Positions 37,041-50,557 of a DNA stretch of 64,000 nucleotides are shown here, in pieces. The notes below the pieces were generated by a model. That model was given only the letters and a program-made list of their open reading frames with translations. It was not told the DNA's origin and made no database searches. This DNA is from Chiloscyllium plagiosum (taxonomy: Eukaryota). The translations under genes were made by a program, and so were the position numbers. Numbering within the stretch: the first letter of the stretch is position 1; each line of letters opens with the position of its first letter. The stretch is taken from assembly GCF_004010195.1 (NCBI RefSeq), contig NC_057719.1, positions 54,683,971 through 54,747,970 on the forward strand. The letters run 5' to 3'.

Positions 37041-39996
37041 GATGAATGAATGCTTCTTCAAATGCCATCTTCTACTCAGCACAACACCAACCTATTTGAT
37101 ATTTCTCAATGCACCACATATCTATCATTCACCTAGCAGCAAGTAGGATTCGTGTTGCAAATTCAGACATTTTACTTTACCCTCAAAAACTTACTAATGC
37201 TGCCAGTCTCATACCCACACCTCACTACTTCCACGTACGTCCAACTACTCAACCTCAGCAGGCAAATCACTCAAAACATATTGCAACATACCCACGGACA
37301 TTCTTCCCTATTCTTGCAGGACAAGGTGGTACATAATCAAAGGGAACAATAAAGAACTGGTAGAAGAAACACATGTTTGCATCTCCGAAGCCCTTTGATG
37401 GAGATGGTGCTACAAAACATTTGGCCAAAAATGATTGAAGCCAGTGCATCCAACATCATTGATAACATTCAAAATGATGACATCTTCCTGCATTAGATAT
37501 CTCCTCAAATTCCACATCAATCTCATTCTGCTGTTTGAAATGAAGTACAAGCTGCAGATGATGTGACAAGAAATTTCCTTTGTACTAACCCACATTCCCT
37601 CAGCTCCAAATTCTTTTTCTGTAATTTTGCTTTCAGTGAACAAATATTTGCCACTTGGTCAACTAATGCATCTTCACCAAGAAGAAGAGCATGAGCAACA
37701 GATGACCTCTGATGGAAATGTACCATCACTTGGTATAATATTCACGGACACTAGATAAGATATTGACACTGACATGAGTTAAAGGTTAGTATTGATTTGG
37801 GATCAATATGTGATGAGTCACTGAACATGACTGAAAACAGGGAAGAAGAATAAGATAATGTGTATGACAGCTCACTAGCAGATAAAATTGCAGATAGGTT
37901 ATACTGTGGTGGTCTTTGATGAGGACTTTGATTCAGTGCTGTAAAGGGCAATGCTGATGGATATGCACAGAGAAATATAAGCCAAACAGTGTCTGCACTG
38001 TGGAACTTCATAAGTACAAGTAGTACCCCGCTATGACACAGCCTGTAAAACTATAGGTCTCCTCCAGAAGATATGAATAGGATGCAGTTTTACAGTTGCA
38101 AAAAGCCAAGTGCACTGAAATGCCTATTCACACACATCTGCAAATCCAATAGAACTACCTCCATTAGAAAAGTGACCTGAGCATTCCAAGGGGAAATTGT
38201 TGATTCCACTGACTCAGATTTGACAGAACCTGTTTATGTCAACAGACATTTCATTAATTTTAACTTTGATAAATCGATTGTCACTCTTCTGTCACTGATC
38301 AAATACCTTGACCAAAGAAGCAGATGTTACAACTGACAGAGATGAAGCAGTGTGGTCCAGGTAGACTAATTCTCAATACTTAAGGTCTGCAACAAGTAAA
38401 ACTCCAACAACAAACATCATCAAAGTATGAAAATATATGTGTAATTTACAATTAATACTTCTCATTTTTTAGCTTTCACACAAATCTTTATCTGAACAGC
38501 CTCATGAGATCAAAGTTTACACACACACACATACACACACGTTTGACTTGAAGTGCTCTTGCTCTATTAAAACAACTCAGTTAACTCCCCCCAGCAACAG
38601 AATTTTTTTGAAGAAAATTACACATGGTGGATGCAGGCTTTAATTCAAAAAATGAAATAATGTTATTGTGTCTAGACATTTCAGCAAAATATTTCATATT
38701 GGAGAAAATGTAGCTGAGTATATGGTTTCTACAAGTTAATGTGTTGGAATTGGATTATTGGATTAGCATGCCTAAACTAGGTTTCCCAACAGTGTCATGA
38801 ATTTTTGATAGAGCTAAGAACAAAATACAATTAAGCTCAAATTTGAATTGCCACAACAAAGTTGTCTCTAGACAAAATTAAGTTTTTGAGTGAAAATGCT
38901 CATCCTATGGAGTATTTGATTACAGGAGGTGCATAGATAATATCTACAGAAAGATTTTGTTTTAACTGTTGTTTTGTGCTGACATTGAAACATGCTCTGC
39001 CAACTCTTTCTAATGTGTCTACTGTGGTAGATCACTGTTGCATATTGCTGTTTTGAAAGGTTAGCAGTTTGCTGTGAACATTAAAAGGAAAATGGAAATG
39101 AAGCTGAACAAGATGGTTCTGGGAACTGAAGAAAAATTGTCGGAGCTTTGAGAGTTGCTGTCTGTAACGTTATCTGTTTTACATGCAATTTGAATCTATG
39201 GTGCACAATATATGCAGTAAAGACAATTATTGTGCCTTATTTCAGGCAATACTACAGTGAAGCTAACCATCAGCAATCTCAAATTATGATAACTAAATGC
39301 AAATTATTCCTCAATATCTGCACCAGTACCCCCAATTTTAACTCAGCTGGATAATCAGGCGAGGCCATATAAAAGCAACAAGCTTTCATGCCATTGCCAG
39401 TGTAAAACTCAATGATTTTTAGTTTTGATCTCATTTTGATATGATCAATTACGTCAGGAATTGACCTATAGCTAGTAGCCTTCCTCAGGCCTTTTTTTAA
39501 AGCAGAAGAGTGAAAGATTATCACATTAATCCAAGGCTTTCACCAGGGAAAAACTAGGATTTTGGAAATGGGACCCTGTTTAACATGAGACAATACCACA
39601 AAGGGTAAAACTTTCAAAATACTAAGCTAAAACCTAACCCATCCAACAGAGACATTGATCACCTAAATCTTGGCTCCAATATTGTCTCTTCATTGGTTTG
39701 GTATAATCAAAGAGATGACAAAGCCCAGCAGAAGACAGTTCATAGATCACATAATATTCAAGATCAAAAACTCCCTTTATTCTTTAACACTACTGGATGA
39801 AGGGCAGAAAAATAATATGCATTCAAACAACATTTTCCATCTCGGGGACCAATTGAAGCAATTTGTTTCCCGTCATCTGAGTAGATAAGTTAGAAAATGG
39901 TACAACAGCCTCACAAAGGAAGGGTGTCAAACTAAGAGGGAAGGCAGGAAGGAAGAAATGTGAAATACACACTCCATAAGGCATGTTAGAGCAGCA

Positions 39997-40121
39997 TCTC
40001 TCTCTCTCTCTCTCTCTCACTCTGTCTCACTTTCTGTCTTTCTCTCTCTCTATCTCACACACACACTGTCTCTCTCTCTCTCTCTCACTCTGTTTCTCTC
40101 TCTCTCTCTCTGTCTCTCTCT
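39997..40121. repeat. Imperfect (CT)n/(CA)n microsatellite
   Basis: Direct inspection. Confidence 0.9.
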
Positions 40122-40282
40122 ACAAACAGCCCTGAAGGAAGCCACATACCCAAAGGAGTAGGTACAGCCCTGAACAGTTTGACTAAAGATGTGTCCTGGC
40201 AGCCAAAGTCAACGAGGTGAAAATTTCTCCATGTACTGTTGAGTGGACAGTTGCCCTGCATCTCTCAACAAAATGTTAGTTT

Positions 40283-40911
40283 TGTCACAAGGTTGGTCCT
40301 TTTTCTTAAAGCTGCTCCTTTTCTCAAGGATACTGTGTCCTTGATTTCTTTCAGAAACAGTCTGGGCTCCGAATCAGATGGGTTGGTACAGAGATGAAAT
40401 GGGTTATTGGGAGACCTTCTTGTTTATATATAAACAGATGAGACTTTAGGCCACAGCTTTCATGTTTTAAAAGTAACCAGTATAATGAAAGGGGAGTAGT
40501 CAGACCTGAAAGCTGAAGTCTTGGTTTTTGTTCAGTTCAACAGTGGGCTGTGTGGAAACAGGCTGCTAGACTCTCTCTCCTTCTGCCCTTCTAACTTCGA
40601 CCTGTAAGCCTCTGTTTCAGTTTTAATCTGTGTTTAAGGAGTTTGTTTATTGGGACTGCTGTGTATTTTTGAAAAAGCATAATTAAGTCTCGTTTAGATA
40701 GACTGAGTTCTGTAGGTATTCTATATTTTGTTCTTTGTGTTTCATTCCATAATTTTGTGAATAATTTTTTGTCTGTTTTAAAACCTAATAGTCAACCTAA
40801 CAAACTTTCTCCAGGTAATTTTCACTGTACACTTATTGAACCAATTAGCAAAGTTACAGCCTGGGCTGGCTGCTTAAGAATGTTTAGAGCGGTCTGGCCT
40901 AGTCCATAACA
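40283..40911 (+). mobile_element. Probable solo LTR of another Gypsy family
   Basis: TATA-like tatatataaac, LTR-like composition, ends ggcctagtccataaca; 5' end uncertain. Confidence 0.45.
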
Positions 40912-42351
40912 GGTAACTTTGGAAGTTTAATGACTGTGAGTGAGGGAACCTGGATGGGGAGTGGGGGAGGGTGCTCAGTTCAATGATGTCCAAGTGCAAA
41001 TGACCTATTAAATTATTAACCATAAAAGAATGCATAGCATTGGTTTGTGCCATATTGAGATTTTCAACACCCTACAAATGTGTCTCCTAAAATGAGATTG
41101 AATTCACTTCACTGTCACACTGCTGTAAAAGGAAGTCAGATGCCAGATTTTCTCACACCTCTCTGGAGGCCCCAGTGAAGAATATCAGTGAATATAAGTA
41201 GATATTTTTCCCCGGCATCTTCAAGGGGCATGGCCAATGCCAATTTCTAATAGGCCTGGATCATTCTGTCCTACATGGAGTGAAAAGTCAACCTCATGAA
41301 TATGACTGACATTGTTCAGTTGATTGGGATGAAACCTCCACTGATAGTTCGAATTACGTCTACGTCAGCTTGCTGTACTCAGTCATGTCTTTAATACTTC
41401 TAAATGAAGGTGGCATGTTCAAGTTTTGAATCAAATAACAACTTCTTAAATCTAGGATTTAAGTATGAAATGAGCAAATCAACTTTAAAGTGTTCAGAAT
41501 TGAATCTTTAATATTCAAGAGCTGAATGAGTGAAATAGCAGCTTAAACCTTATGCTTTTGTACTTTCAAAACCAGAAGGAGCTACTGCAGATGGTTACAC
41601 TAGTCAATAACTCATTTACCTCAAAACATTCAGATGAGTGCATTTATTGAAAGCAACTGAATGTTTAATTCTTCCAACTGCCTGGATATGAAAGTCTACA
41701 TTTGGCCTTTCTTTGAACATAGCCTCAACTGTCTCATAATAGTGTTGTAAAATATGTTCAACAATACATTATGAAAGCCACAAAATTAATCTGATATTCT
41801 TCAGGCTCCTATGAATCCTGAATACTGTAATAATCTTTTCTGTAGTTTGATCCATGGCAAGTATGACTGTTGTATGTTGTCTTGCAACAGATGAGTGATT
41901 TAAGGGAATAACGTTCTCATCACCATATCATAACATGTGACCTATTGGCATAAAGCTCTCAGTCTCCATTTTCTGGAGTTTTGTTCTCTTACAGTATATC
42001 ATGCTGAGGGAAGCTTGTTACAGTGCGAATTGCTTAGCTTGAGCCTAGGCATATAACTGTCTGTGATTACAGTGTACATATTAATATACCATGAGCTGAG
42101 ATAAACGTTTAGTGAATTCTTCAGCATGATGTGAACCATATCTTGTTATAATGATATAGGCACGTCAAAGCTGAAGATCATCATTATATCTTGCTTCATC
42201 ACTTCATAGCAACCAGACCATTGCAGGATTTCCTTATCTTTCTGAATTAATTTGTTGATCAAATAAATCAGTCTCTTTACCCTCCTTTCTAAAAACTATT
42301 GCTCAGCTAGTATTGACCCTAACTTCTCAATGCTTTTAAATAATTTTCATT

Positions 42352-42716
42352 TAGAGCCATAGAGACATGCAGCATGGAAACAGACTCTTCTGCCCAACCA
42401 ATCCATGCCAAACAATATCCTAAACTAAACTAGTCCCACCTGCCTGCTCCTGGCCCATATCGTTCCAAACCTTTCCTATTCATGTACTTATCCAAATATA
42501 CTTTAAATGATGTAATTGTACTGATATCTACCACTTCCTCAGGAAGTTCATTCCAGATGTGAATCACCCTCTGTGTATAAAATTAGCCCCTCGTGTCTTT
42601 TTTTAAATCTCTCTCCTCTCACCTTAAAAATGTGACCCCTTGTGCCCTCCATCTGAGGGAAAAGGCAACTACCATTGTCTCTACCTATACCTCTCATTAT
42701 TTTATATACTTCTATC
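42352..42716 (-). mobile_element. CR1/HER1 LINE 3' end
   Basis: Close match to 10938-11260. Confidence 0.85.
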
Positions 42717-44169
42717 AGCTGATTCAGCTTGATGACTTTGGCTCTAAGAAATTGAAGCTGACCATTGGGTCTTCGTTCTCACATCTTTCCATCAGATGAC
42801 CATGAGGTTGCCAAATGTCCAGAGTAAGCAGTATTTATAGGAATCTGTCAGGTATTACTAGACATTGTCTAATAACATTATATTAAGATGTCAAGAAAGT
42901 TCTTTGCTCATTCTTCTAGAGTTTGTGTTAGTCTGTGCAGTAGCGACTTCAAATCCAAGAAGATCATAAAATCATGTGCAGACATTGTGGCCTGTTGCTT
43001 GTTTTTCCATTGCTACTTACTCCAATTGTTACTATGTGGAGTCTTTCTTCACAACATACACTTCAAAAGCCAAGTGCCAAGGCATTGCATCTGCATCTGT
43101 GTTGGTGCGAGAATGTGAAGCATACCTTAATGTGCATTATTAGAACTATTTATGCTTGTTATCTCTCCTCAGAAAACTCATATAGAAAGAAAGCAGGCAC
43201 AGCTGTGCCAAGAAGGAAAATCTTCTAACAGATGTCTGATATCAAAGTATTGAGTGTCGTGCTGTGGTAATAAAATATGTACCACTGTGTTACGAAGTAC
43301 ATGAATGAATTAGGGAACAATGAAACTAATAAAAAGATGTTTATATTGTGAGCCTGTATCAATGCATCATTGTTTTGATGAACTTGCAGCTAAGGATTTA
43401 GATGTATTTTTTAAAATAAGACTGATTCAGATATCCTCCTCCTGTAAAGATCTAATTATGTGCAATCTTTCCCTGAATTCACAAACAGAACACAGATAAA
43501 TTAAGAAGGAACTATATATAACAAACATATATTAGTAATATTTATGAAAATATGAGAAATATACATTGCCTTGAACTGTTCTGTGTGAGTCTTATTTTAT
43601 TTATTATCCTATTTCTTTTTATTGTAACAATCAGTTTTTATACTCACATGTCTGATGTCCGCACCTGCCTGTAACTCTGACTCACTCCTTATGTCTACTC
43701 TTGAAAAATTAACCTGTTTTCTTTTTCCAGACTGACTGACTTATTGAATGTTTCCAATATTTCCTGTCTTTGTTACATGCATTAGTTTTCAGTTGAAATT
43801 AGTGTGCACTTTTACAGGTCATAGTCTCTCACTCTTACTGCTCTGTTCTCGCAACCTTCTGATCTCAATTTACTGCCTATTCTTTTTAACTGTTCATTGT
43901 TTCACATTTACTCTTCTGTACATGCCAACATCCCTAAATGCTAAACATATTGTTCCTTTTAATGGATGCTGTTTTTTTGAAAGAAAGGGACACACAGTTT
44001 CACTTGTACCAGCTTTAATCCCTCATGTTTTGTCATTCTGTAATAATCCAAACTGCTGAAAGTCAGGTTAGCTAGGAGCTGAGAACACAATCTAAGACCA
44101 GAAAGACACAACATGATCAGAATACTTAATATTAATTAATATTAACTAAATTGGTTAGCTCAGTTAGCT

Positions 44170-44297
44170 TTCCTGATGAAGGACTTATGCCCGAAATGTT
44201 GATTCTCCTGCTCCTCAGATGCTGCCTGACCTGCTATGCTTTTTCAGCACCACACTCTCGACTGTGATCTCCAGCATCTGCAGTCCTCACTTTCTCC
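44170..44297 (+). mobile_element. Hammerhead-bearing mini-element inserted into a tRNA-like SINE head (~44150-44510)
   Basis: ctgatgaaggacttatgcccgaaa (44173-44196); 14-bp TSD tag(c/t)tcagttagct at 44156-44169 and 44298-44311. Confidence 0.85.
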
Positions 44298-46264
44298 TAG
44301 TTCAGTTAGCTGGATGGTTTGTTTGCAACACAAAGTGATGACAACAACATGGATCCTACTCTGGTTGAAGTTGCCACAAAGGACTTTGCTTCTCAAACTC
44401 TCCCCTTGCCTGATATGTGGTAACCCCCAAGTTAAAAAACTACCAGTGGCCACTCTTTAATGAGAGCAGCCCGATGGTTTTGTAAGACTGTGGTGACTTT
44501 ACCTTCTTTAATCTTTTGTGTGGATTTTCCATCTCTGTAGTTGATTGCCTAAGTAGATCTGGAACTCTGTTGCTCATTGGTCCCCACTGCAGCTTCCCAG
44601 TAGGAATTTCCATTATTCTGTGTCAGGTTCACTGGGCTGGCATGGTTTCCCCGATAGTGATCCGATATCACTCTGCCATAGCTCTTTTCATACATGCTCA
44701 ATACTGACTTTTGGACGAAAGATATGATTAACCTTTTACCCAATGGGAAAAGCAATGCAACATCCTGTAGAGTTGAAGATTCCAAGGTCTACAGCTTCTT
44801 CCTTATGGGGAACTCTTAATTCTATGATATAGTTGGTTCTCTACCATTATCCAGTTCTTCCATTGCCCTTACTGGGATTCTGTCATGAAATAAAACAGTA
44901 TTTCTTAGCTGTTTTCTCCATGCTTTGCATTCTAGCTCACTGATGTTGTATCAGTCAAAAGTAGCATCCATGCCATATGACTGACATCCCAATACTAACA
45001 GTTAATCAAATCTAGATTAGCTGTGATTTACACTTATAAGTTCAGAAAGTTTTTTGATAATTCGCTATCATTCAAGCATTGTGCACTTTTTGTAGTTATT
45101 GAAGCATGGTGTGCTGTGCTAACGATGAGCATAATTCAGAAATGAACGTCCTTTAGTATGACATTCAAAAGCTCATTCATCATATCTCATTCCCAACTCT
45201 AAACCATCATCATCACCGCACCACCATATTTCTTCACCCATCAATATCATCAGCTAAAATAGACCTTTTTCTCACTGATCAAATTAGCTTTTCCTTTAAG
45301 TACCTTCAGAGATTTATCTTGCTTTTATTTGACCTTTATCAAGACTGTGTTTGATAGAACATTGACTAAAACTGCCTTCACATAACCTAACAAGCATTGC
45401 CAATCGAGATTAATTGTGCAGTCCTCCTCAAAAGAAAATTCTGTTTCCTCTTAAAATGCCATGGAAACCATGTCACAAGACTACAGGATAGATTTTTTTT
45501 TAGAGCTGTGTTTACCTTTAATTTATATTTGTGTTTTTCCAAGGACTACTCAGTAGGGAAAAAAAGACTGACAATACCTAGGAGCTAACATAACAAATCA
45601 ATAAATGTGGAGGTAGAATATTCAGTCATGCAAAACTTGACCAAGGTTTGATGTAATTTGGTATGTAATTGCTTATAAATTTAAGGATAAAGTCATAAAT
45701 TAGGACAGGGATTCTGAATTTGATGCGTTGGGGCATGGGAAACCAATAATGGTTGGTTCAAATGAGGAGCTAATGCAGTTGGCCACCTTGAGAGCTAGAA
45801 TGCAAGGGGCAGGGAGTTGGACATGTTTGCAGTTTGTTGATAGTGGAATATCAGAAGCCAGAAAAATGTAATCTAATTTGGAGGTTAGCAAAATATGGTT
45901 GTACAATAGCTGTAGGGGCAAGATGGGAATGGAGGAAAGCAATTTACTGTGGTGGATTTAGAAATGATTTGGGCAGATCTTATGATTTGCAGTTGTCTTA
46001 TCTTGACTTGGCCTCTGCCAAGAACTTCTCAGATCTTTTCTGAATCTTTCTGACTGTCCATGAAAAAATGGCTATGTTAATTCTGCAAAACCCCTCCTTG
46101 CCGATGATAAACAAGATTTTTAAAACTCTTTTTGTGAGATCATTATTTTCTTGATGTGCAAGATGGAACTGCTTGTGGTATTTGACAATGCTTGTTACTT
46201 CCTGTAACATAAGAAACTTCATATTTTTGGTGTTCAAAAATCCAACAGATGTTTGTTACAGCTA

Positions 46265-46402
46265 AGTAAAAAGCAAATGAACTATGGATGTTGTAAATCA
46301 GAAGCAAACACAAAAGTTACTGGAAAAGCTCAGCAGATCTGGCAGCATCTGTGGAGATAAATCAGAAATAAAGTTTTGGGTTGAGAGCACCTTCCTCAGA
46401 AC
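46265..46402 (-). mobile_element. Penelope-type terminal fragment (7140 family)
   Basis: ctggaaaagctcagcagatctggcagcatctgtgga; degenerate core ccttcctcagaac. Confidence 0.6.
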
Positions 46403-47526
46403 ACAGTTACCTGTTCTAAATAAACATTATGTTCATGGACACATCAGTATTTGGCTGGTTCTAAGCCAGTAGTTTATAACAGAGTAGCATTCTCTTGCTA
46501 CTAAATGAACCCTGTTATCCAGCTGTTTTGAGGTCAGGAATTAAGCTCTTGACTATCTTCTGGTCATTGGTATCCCGTATACTTTGTGAATAGCCTGTTC
46601 TTCTAAGTTGAGCTTTTCCACTAATGTTTGATTGATATTAGTGGATTAAATGATCATTGTTTATCATCTTCTTGCAGTTCTGTGCTCAAATCTCATGTTA
46701 CATTTTGGTGTCAGAAGAGCAATTCCATAGAAAAGGTAGGTGTGAGATTTGGTCAGGTGGCAATTTCATGTCTAATTAGCACCAGAGTATATATATCAAA
46801 TAGTCTGCCTAGTTCTTCCAAGAGTACCTTGATGACAGGACTGGGAAGATCAACATTTCTTCCCTTGTCTGCGTCACAGCTTTGCAAAAGTATGTTATCC
46901 CTTATCACAGCTATTTCAAACTCATCCCAATTGTCCTCAATCATACTTTTCATAACCTGGGATTTCTATTAGTTTGTAAAGCAATCAATATTCTATTGAG
47001 GATATGTAAGTTGTGAATAACCCATAGTTTCTCTCCCAATTATCTTTGAATTAGCATGTAAACATCTTCTGTTCAGATTCCCATTTTTTCCCTTTTAAAA
47101 TGAATCAAAATATAAACAATATTAATTGAAAATGAATAAAACCAAAAGACAACCTGTTGTGCAAGAGGACAATATATTGTATTCCCACTTTATTTTTTAG
47201 AGTTCATTATACTTTCAAGTGCGGTTTATCCCAATATCCCTGATAGAGTTTGCTCCTCTCTTCACAAAGCATCAGAAAGCTAACTGCTTCGAGTACCCAT
47301 TTAATGTGAAACTTCTCCGTTCTCCAGCATCCATTTTAAAGTTGCTATACAGATTGTCAGTCTTTTTGCATTCACACATATTTTTGAAGGTGTATAATCC
47401 CATTGTGACTTATTATTGGCCATTACAATGGCCTTTCCTACTGAAACCATCTTTTGTCGTTTTTTTCCAATATTTATATGAAGTAAAATGGCATATCTAC
47501 TCAGTATATAAAATGAAATAGGACCC

Positions 47527-47628
47527 AGTTCTGAAGAAGAGTCATACTTGACTTGAAACATTAACTGGTCCTTTCTTCCCAGATGCTTCCAGACTTGCTG
47601 AGTTTCCCTAGCATTCTCTGTGTTTGTT
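47527..47628 (+). mobile_element. Penelope-type terminal fragment with hammerhead core
   Basis: CTGAAGA-AGAGTCA-TACT-TGACTT-GAAA-C at 47531-47559. Confidence 0.7.
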
Positions 47629-49718
47629 AGTGAACTGGAAACTCAGTGGCCTATAGTTTAAATGAAGCAAAGTTGGATAGCAATGAGGAATCTTGGAGTG
47701 ACCTGCTAGTTAAGATTCCCAGGTGGCATGTCCAGAGGGAAAAGATCTACTTCAGGCCTTCAAGAAGATGCAGTGAGACCTGTCATGACATAGCACTTTG
47801 AAGACATGATTGACTGGGATTCCGAAATCCATTACCCAGCCAATGTGAATGATAGGCTAAGACGAATATCTCAAGCAAATGCTGAAATCATTCCAAGCCT
47901 TACCATTTGGCCTGATCAGTCATGCATGAAGAAATTGTTTCCACCAAAGTGGATTCTAATTTATAAGCAATTGGAACTCAGTCAAAGATGCTGATCACCT
48001 GCCTGCTTAGTGTAGTCACAATGTGATATGTCTCATTGCAACCTGAAGCAGGGAAGTATGTAATGGGGAAAATTGGCAAGATTCATGATTCTAACTTGTG
48101 AAAGGGGAAAGGTGCTGGGTGTCACCAATGAAAAGCATTCTACTTCAGGGCAGTGGGTCTCTTTTGGGTTGTTGAATACCATGTATATGTGAATAGTTTC
48201 TTCTGTTACAGGAAGTAACAAGTATTGTCAACAGAGGTCAACAGACTGGGAGGATGAAAGTTGGGAGGCTGGGCCCCTTAGAAGAGTAAAAGATGTCTTT
48301 CATGACCTTGGAGTGCAGGAGGACCAGAAGCAGGAGCCTTGTGTGGTGAGAGAGAGAAAGAGTGAGATCAGGAGATCAGCCAAGAGCTGGAGCAGGAGTT
48401 TGAGATGGGTAAGTCACCGTGTGAGGAGTCAAGACCATGAAGAGAGCAGACTGAGGTCTATTATGGTGGCAGTGAAGCAGACAGACAGCTCCAGGTGACC
48501 TGGGTGGATCATTGTTACCCCCCTGATTTGAAGGACCCTGAGAGAGGAAGGTCCTTTTATATTGGGAGGCAAGATAATTTAGGTCATGCAATCCTCCAAA
48601 TGAACCCTGCTGCTTAGAGATCAGGAGTCAACCATTCAACTGTTTCCGGCTGGATTTGGTGTATTGGCTCTGAATATCCCTTTGTAGACAGTTTCTTCCT
48701 CAAAGTTAGGCTTTTATGTTTACTTTTACAAAAGATTGATGTCACTGGATGAGGTGACCCCGTTTTATAATACAGGGTGGGGGAACAAAATCAGTAAAAG
48801 TAAATAATGCAAGAAAGTGAAAGTACTGAACTCACTGGAGCACCATCTCGATATACTGGACAAGTCAGACCTGAATATATCATTCACACATTTTACGGGT
48901 TTTTCTTTTAGTGAATTTCCTTGCATTATGAATGCTTAAATAACACATTATACTGAAATAGCAACAGAAAATTCTAGAAATACACAGCAGCAATGGCAGC
49001 ATCTATAGAAAAATAGAAATAGTGTTGTCATCCAGGATTTAACAATTGCAATGAGGGTCCTGTTGATGGAGTTGAACACAGGGAAGAGTCTCCCTTCATT
49101 GGTCAGTTGAAGCAGGGGCAGCCCCTTGTGAGCAGCAGTAGTTGCCACCAAAATTGTCATTGCAAATGGGATGACAGTCTACCCTTCAGAGCTGACAGCC
49201 AATCAGACAGCTAGTAGCTCAGCAGCACCACCAGGATGAGTGGACACTGCTGGTATTGCTCCTGGAAGAGGAGGGCATAGTGATGAATGGGCACAGCCAC
49301 AAAAAGGTGATGGGGTATGGGATGGAGAAGTAAGATCAGATAAAGTGAACAGGCAGTGTTGTTACCATACCGGTAGGCATTGTCACAAGGGGCGTTTCTG
49401 TGGGCCAAAGAGTTAGGAATAACAGTGTTCCTTCGGCCTTCCAGAGCACACCAAGAGGATGACAAGGTTTAACTGGTAGTCTCCTCTCTTGGTTTGGGGC
49501 ATTCCAAAGCTGGTAAAATGCTGGCAGTATTTAAAGAATTTCACAAGTGTCCACATAAGTGTCTCATTTCAGCTCCAGCTAGAAGAGCTGTTTGTCCCCT
49601 CCCAGTCATTGCAGGATGTCATGATAAGAACAAAATGATGGATATGTACTAATTTACAGCAACACATATTTTACATCATCTAAAGTTAACTTGATCCAGC
49701 TCTGTAGAGATTAAAGAA

Positions 49719-49847
49719 TGATTCGGAGATGCCGGTGTTGGACTGGGATGTACAAAGTTAAAAATCACACAACACCAGGTTATAGTCCAACAGGTTTAAT
49801 TGGAAGCACACCAGCTTTCAGAGTGACGCTCCTTCATCAGGTGGTAC
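49719..49847 (-). mobile_element. Short terminal copy of the 50558 Penelope family with hammerhead core
   Basis: Reverse complement of ~53385-53508; core at 49816-49840; TSD ttaaagaa at 49711-49718 and 49848-49855. Confidence 0.85.
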
Positions 49848-49989
49848 TTAAAGAAGTACGCTGAACTTCCATTACTGCTGCTGCTTTTGAAAGAGTAGAT
49901 TATGCTTGATCCAGTTTTTACAGAATTCCTCTAATAAGTAACTGAGAAAACAGATTTAAGAAATGCAATGAAGGTGGTCACTTTGGACA

Positions 49990-50270
49990 TTCAAAATAAT
50001 TTGGTGTGCCAAATAAGGAATGAATGTCAAAATAAAATATGGAACTAAGGAAATGTAGTTACCTGGTTTGAGGACAAAAAGCAAATGATTCCAGTCAAAA
50101 GCAGTTTCTTGGTAAATCCTTTGAATAATGAATGTTCCACAGGGAGCTTTGTTTGGTCCACTCTTATTTATATGTAAATTCGACAGACATGAGGGTACAT
50201 TATTAAAGTCTGCATGTGACAGCAAATTTGGAGGAACAGAAGATAATTTGGAAAGACTGCTGGAGGACAT
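49990..50270 (+). mobile_element. Decayed CR1 RT fragment
   Basis: NVPQGALFGPLLF..LKSACDSKFGG. Confidence 0.65.
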
Positions 50271-50557
50271 GAACGAATCCTACCCTCTTGTTTTCAATTT
50301 GCAAGAGCATTTTATACATAATTAATGATCAGCTAGGTTCCTTATAATGAGTTATTGACTTAAATTGTTTTTGCAAATTGGTTTAGCTGCCATCTTGGAT
50401 TTCTGACCATGATAAATAGACAAAAAAAGAAAAAAAAGTCATCATTTCACACAAAAATTATTCATGAAATTAAGTGTTCACTGTTGAAAATCCTTATAGG
50501 ACTTGCCCCATAGAATTCTATTCCTCCTTTGTGCCATGAATGTTCCATTCTATTTTA

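Noticed and set aside
37270..37560. Possible hAT dimerisation-domain remnant on minus (RRYLMQED..LAKCFVAPSPS..ASE)
   Set aside because: Resemblance too weak and frame-broken; no TIR or other transposase motif seen
44126..44145. Perfect 20-bp AT palindrome (ttaatattaa x2)
   Set aside because: Low complexity; explained by a 10-bp tandem duplication
46628..46972. Overlapping 114-aa and 66-aa ORFs as possible host exons
   Set aside because: No recognisable domain or convincing splice context
48200..49500. GC-richer tract with a short hairpin (cagcagcaccacc..gtggacactgctg), possibly a non-autonomous DNA transposon
   Set aside because: No termini, TSD or coding motif could be fixed
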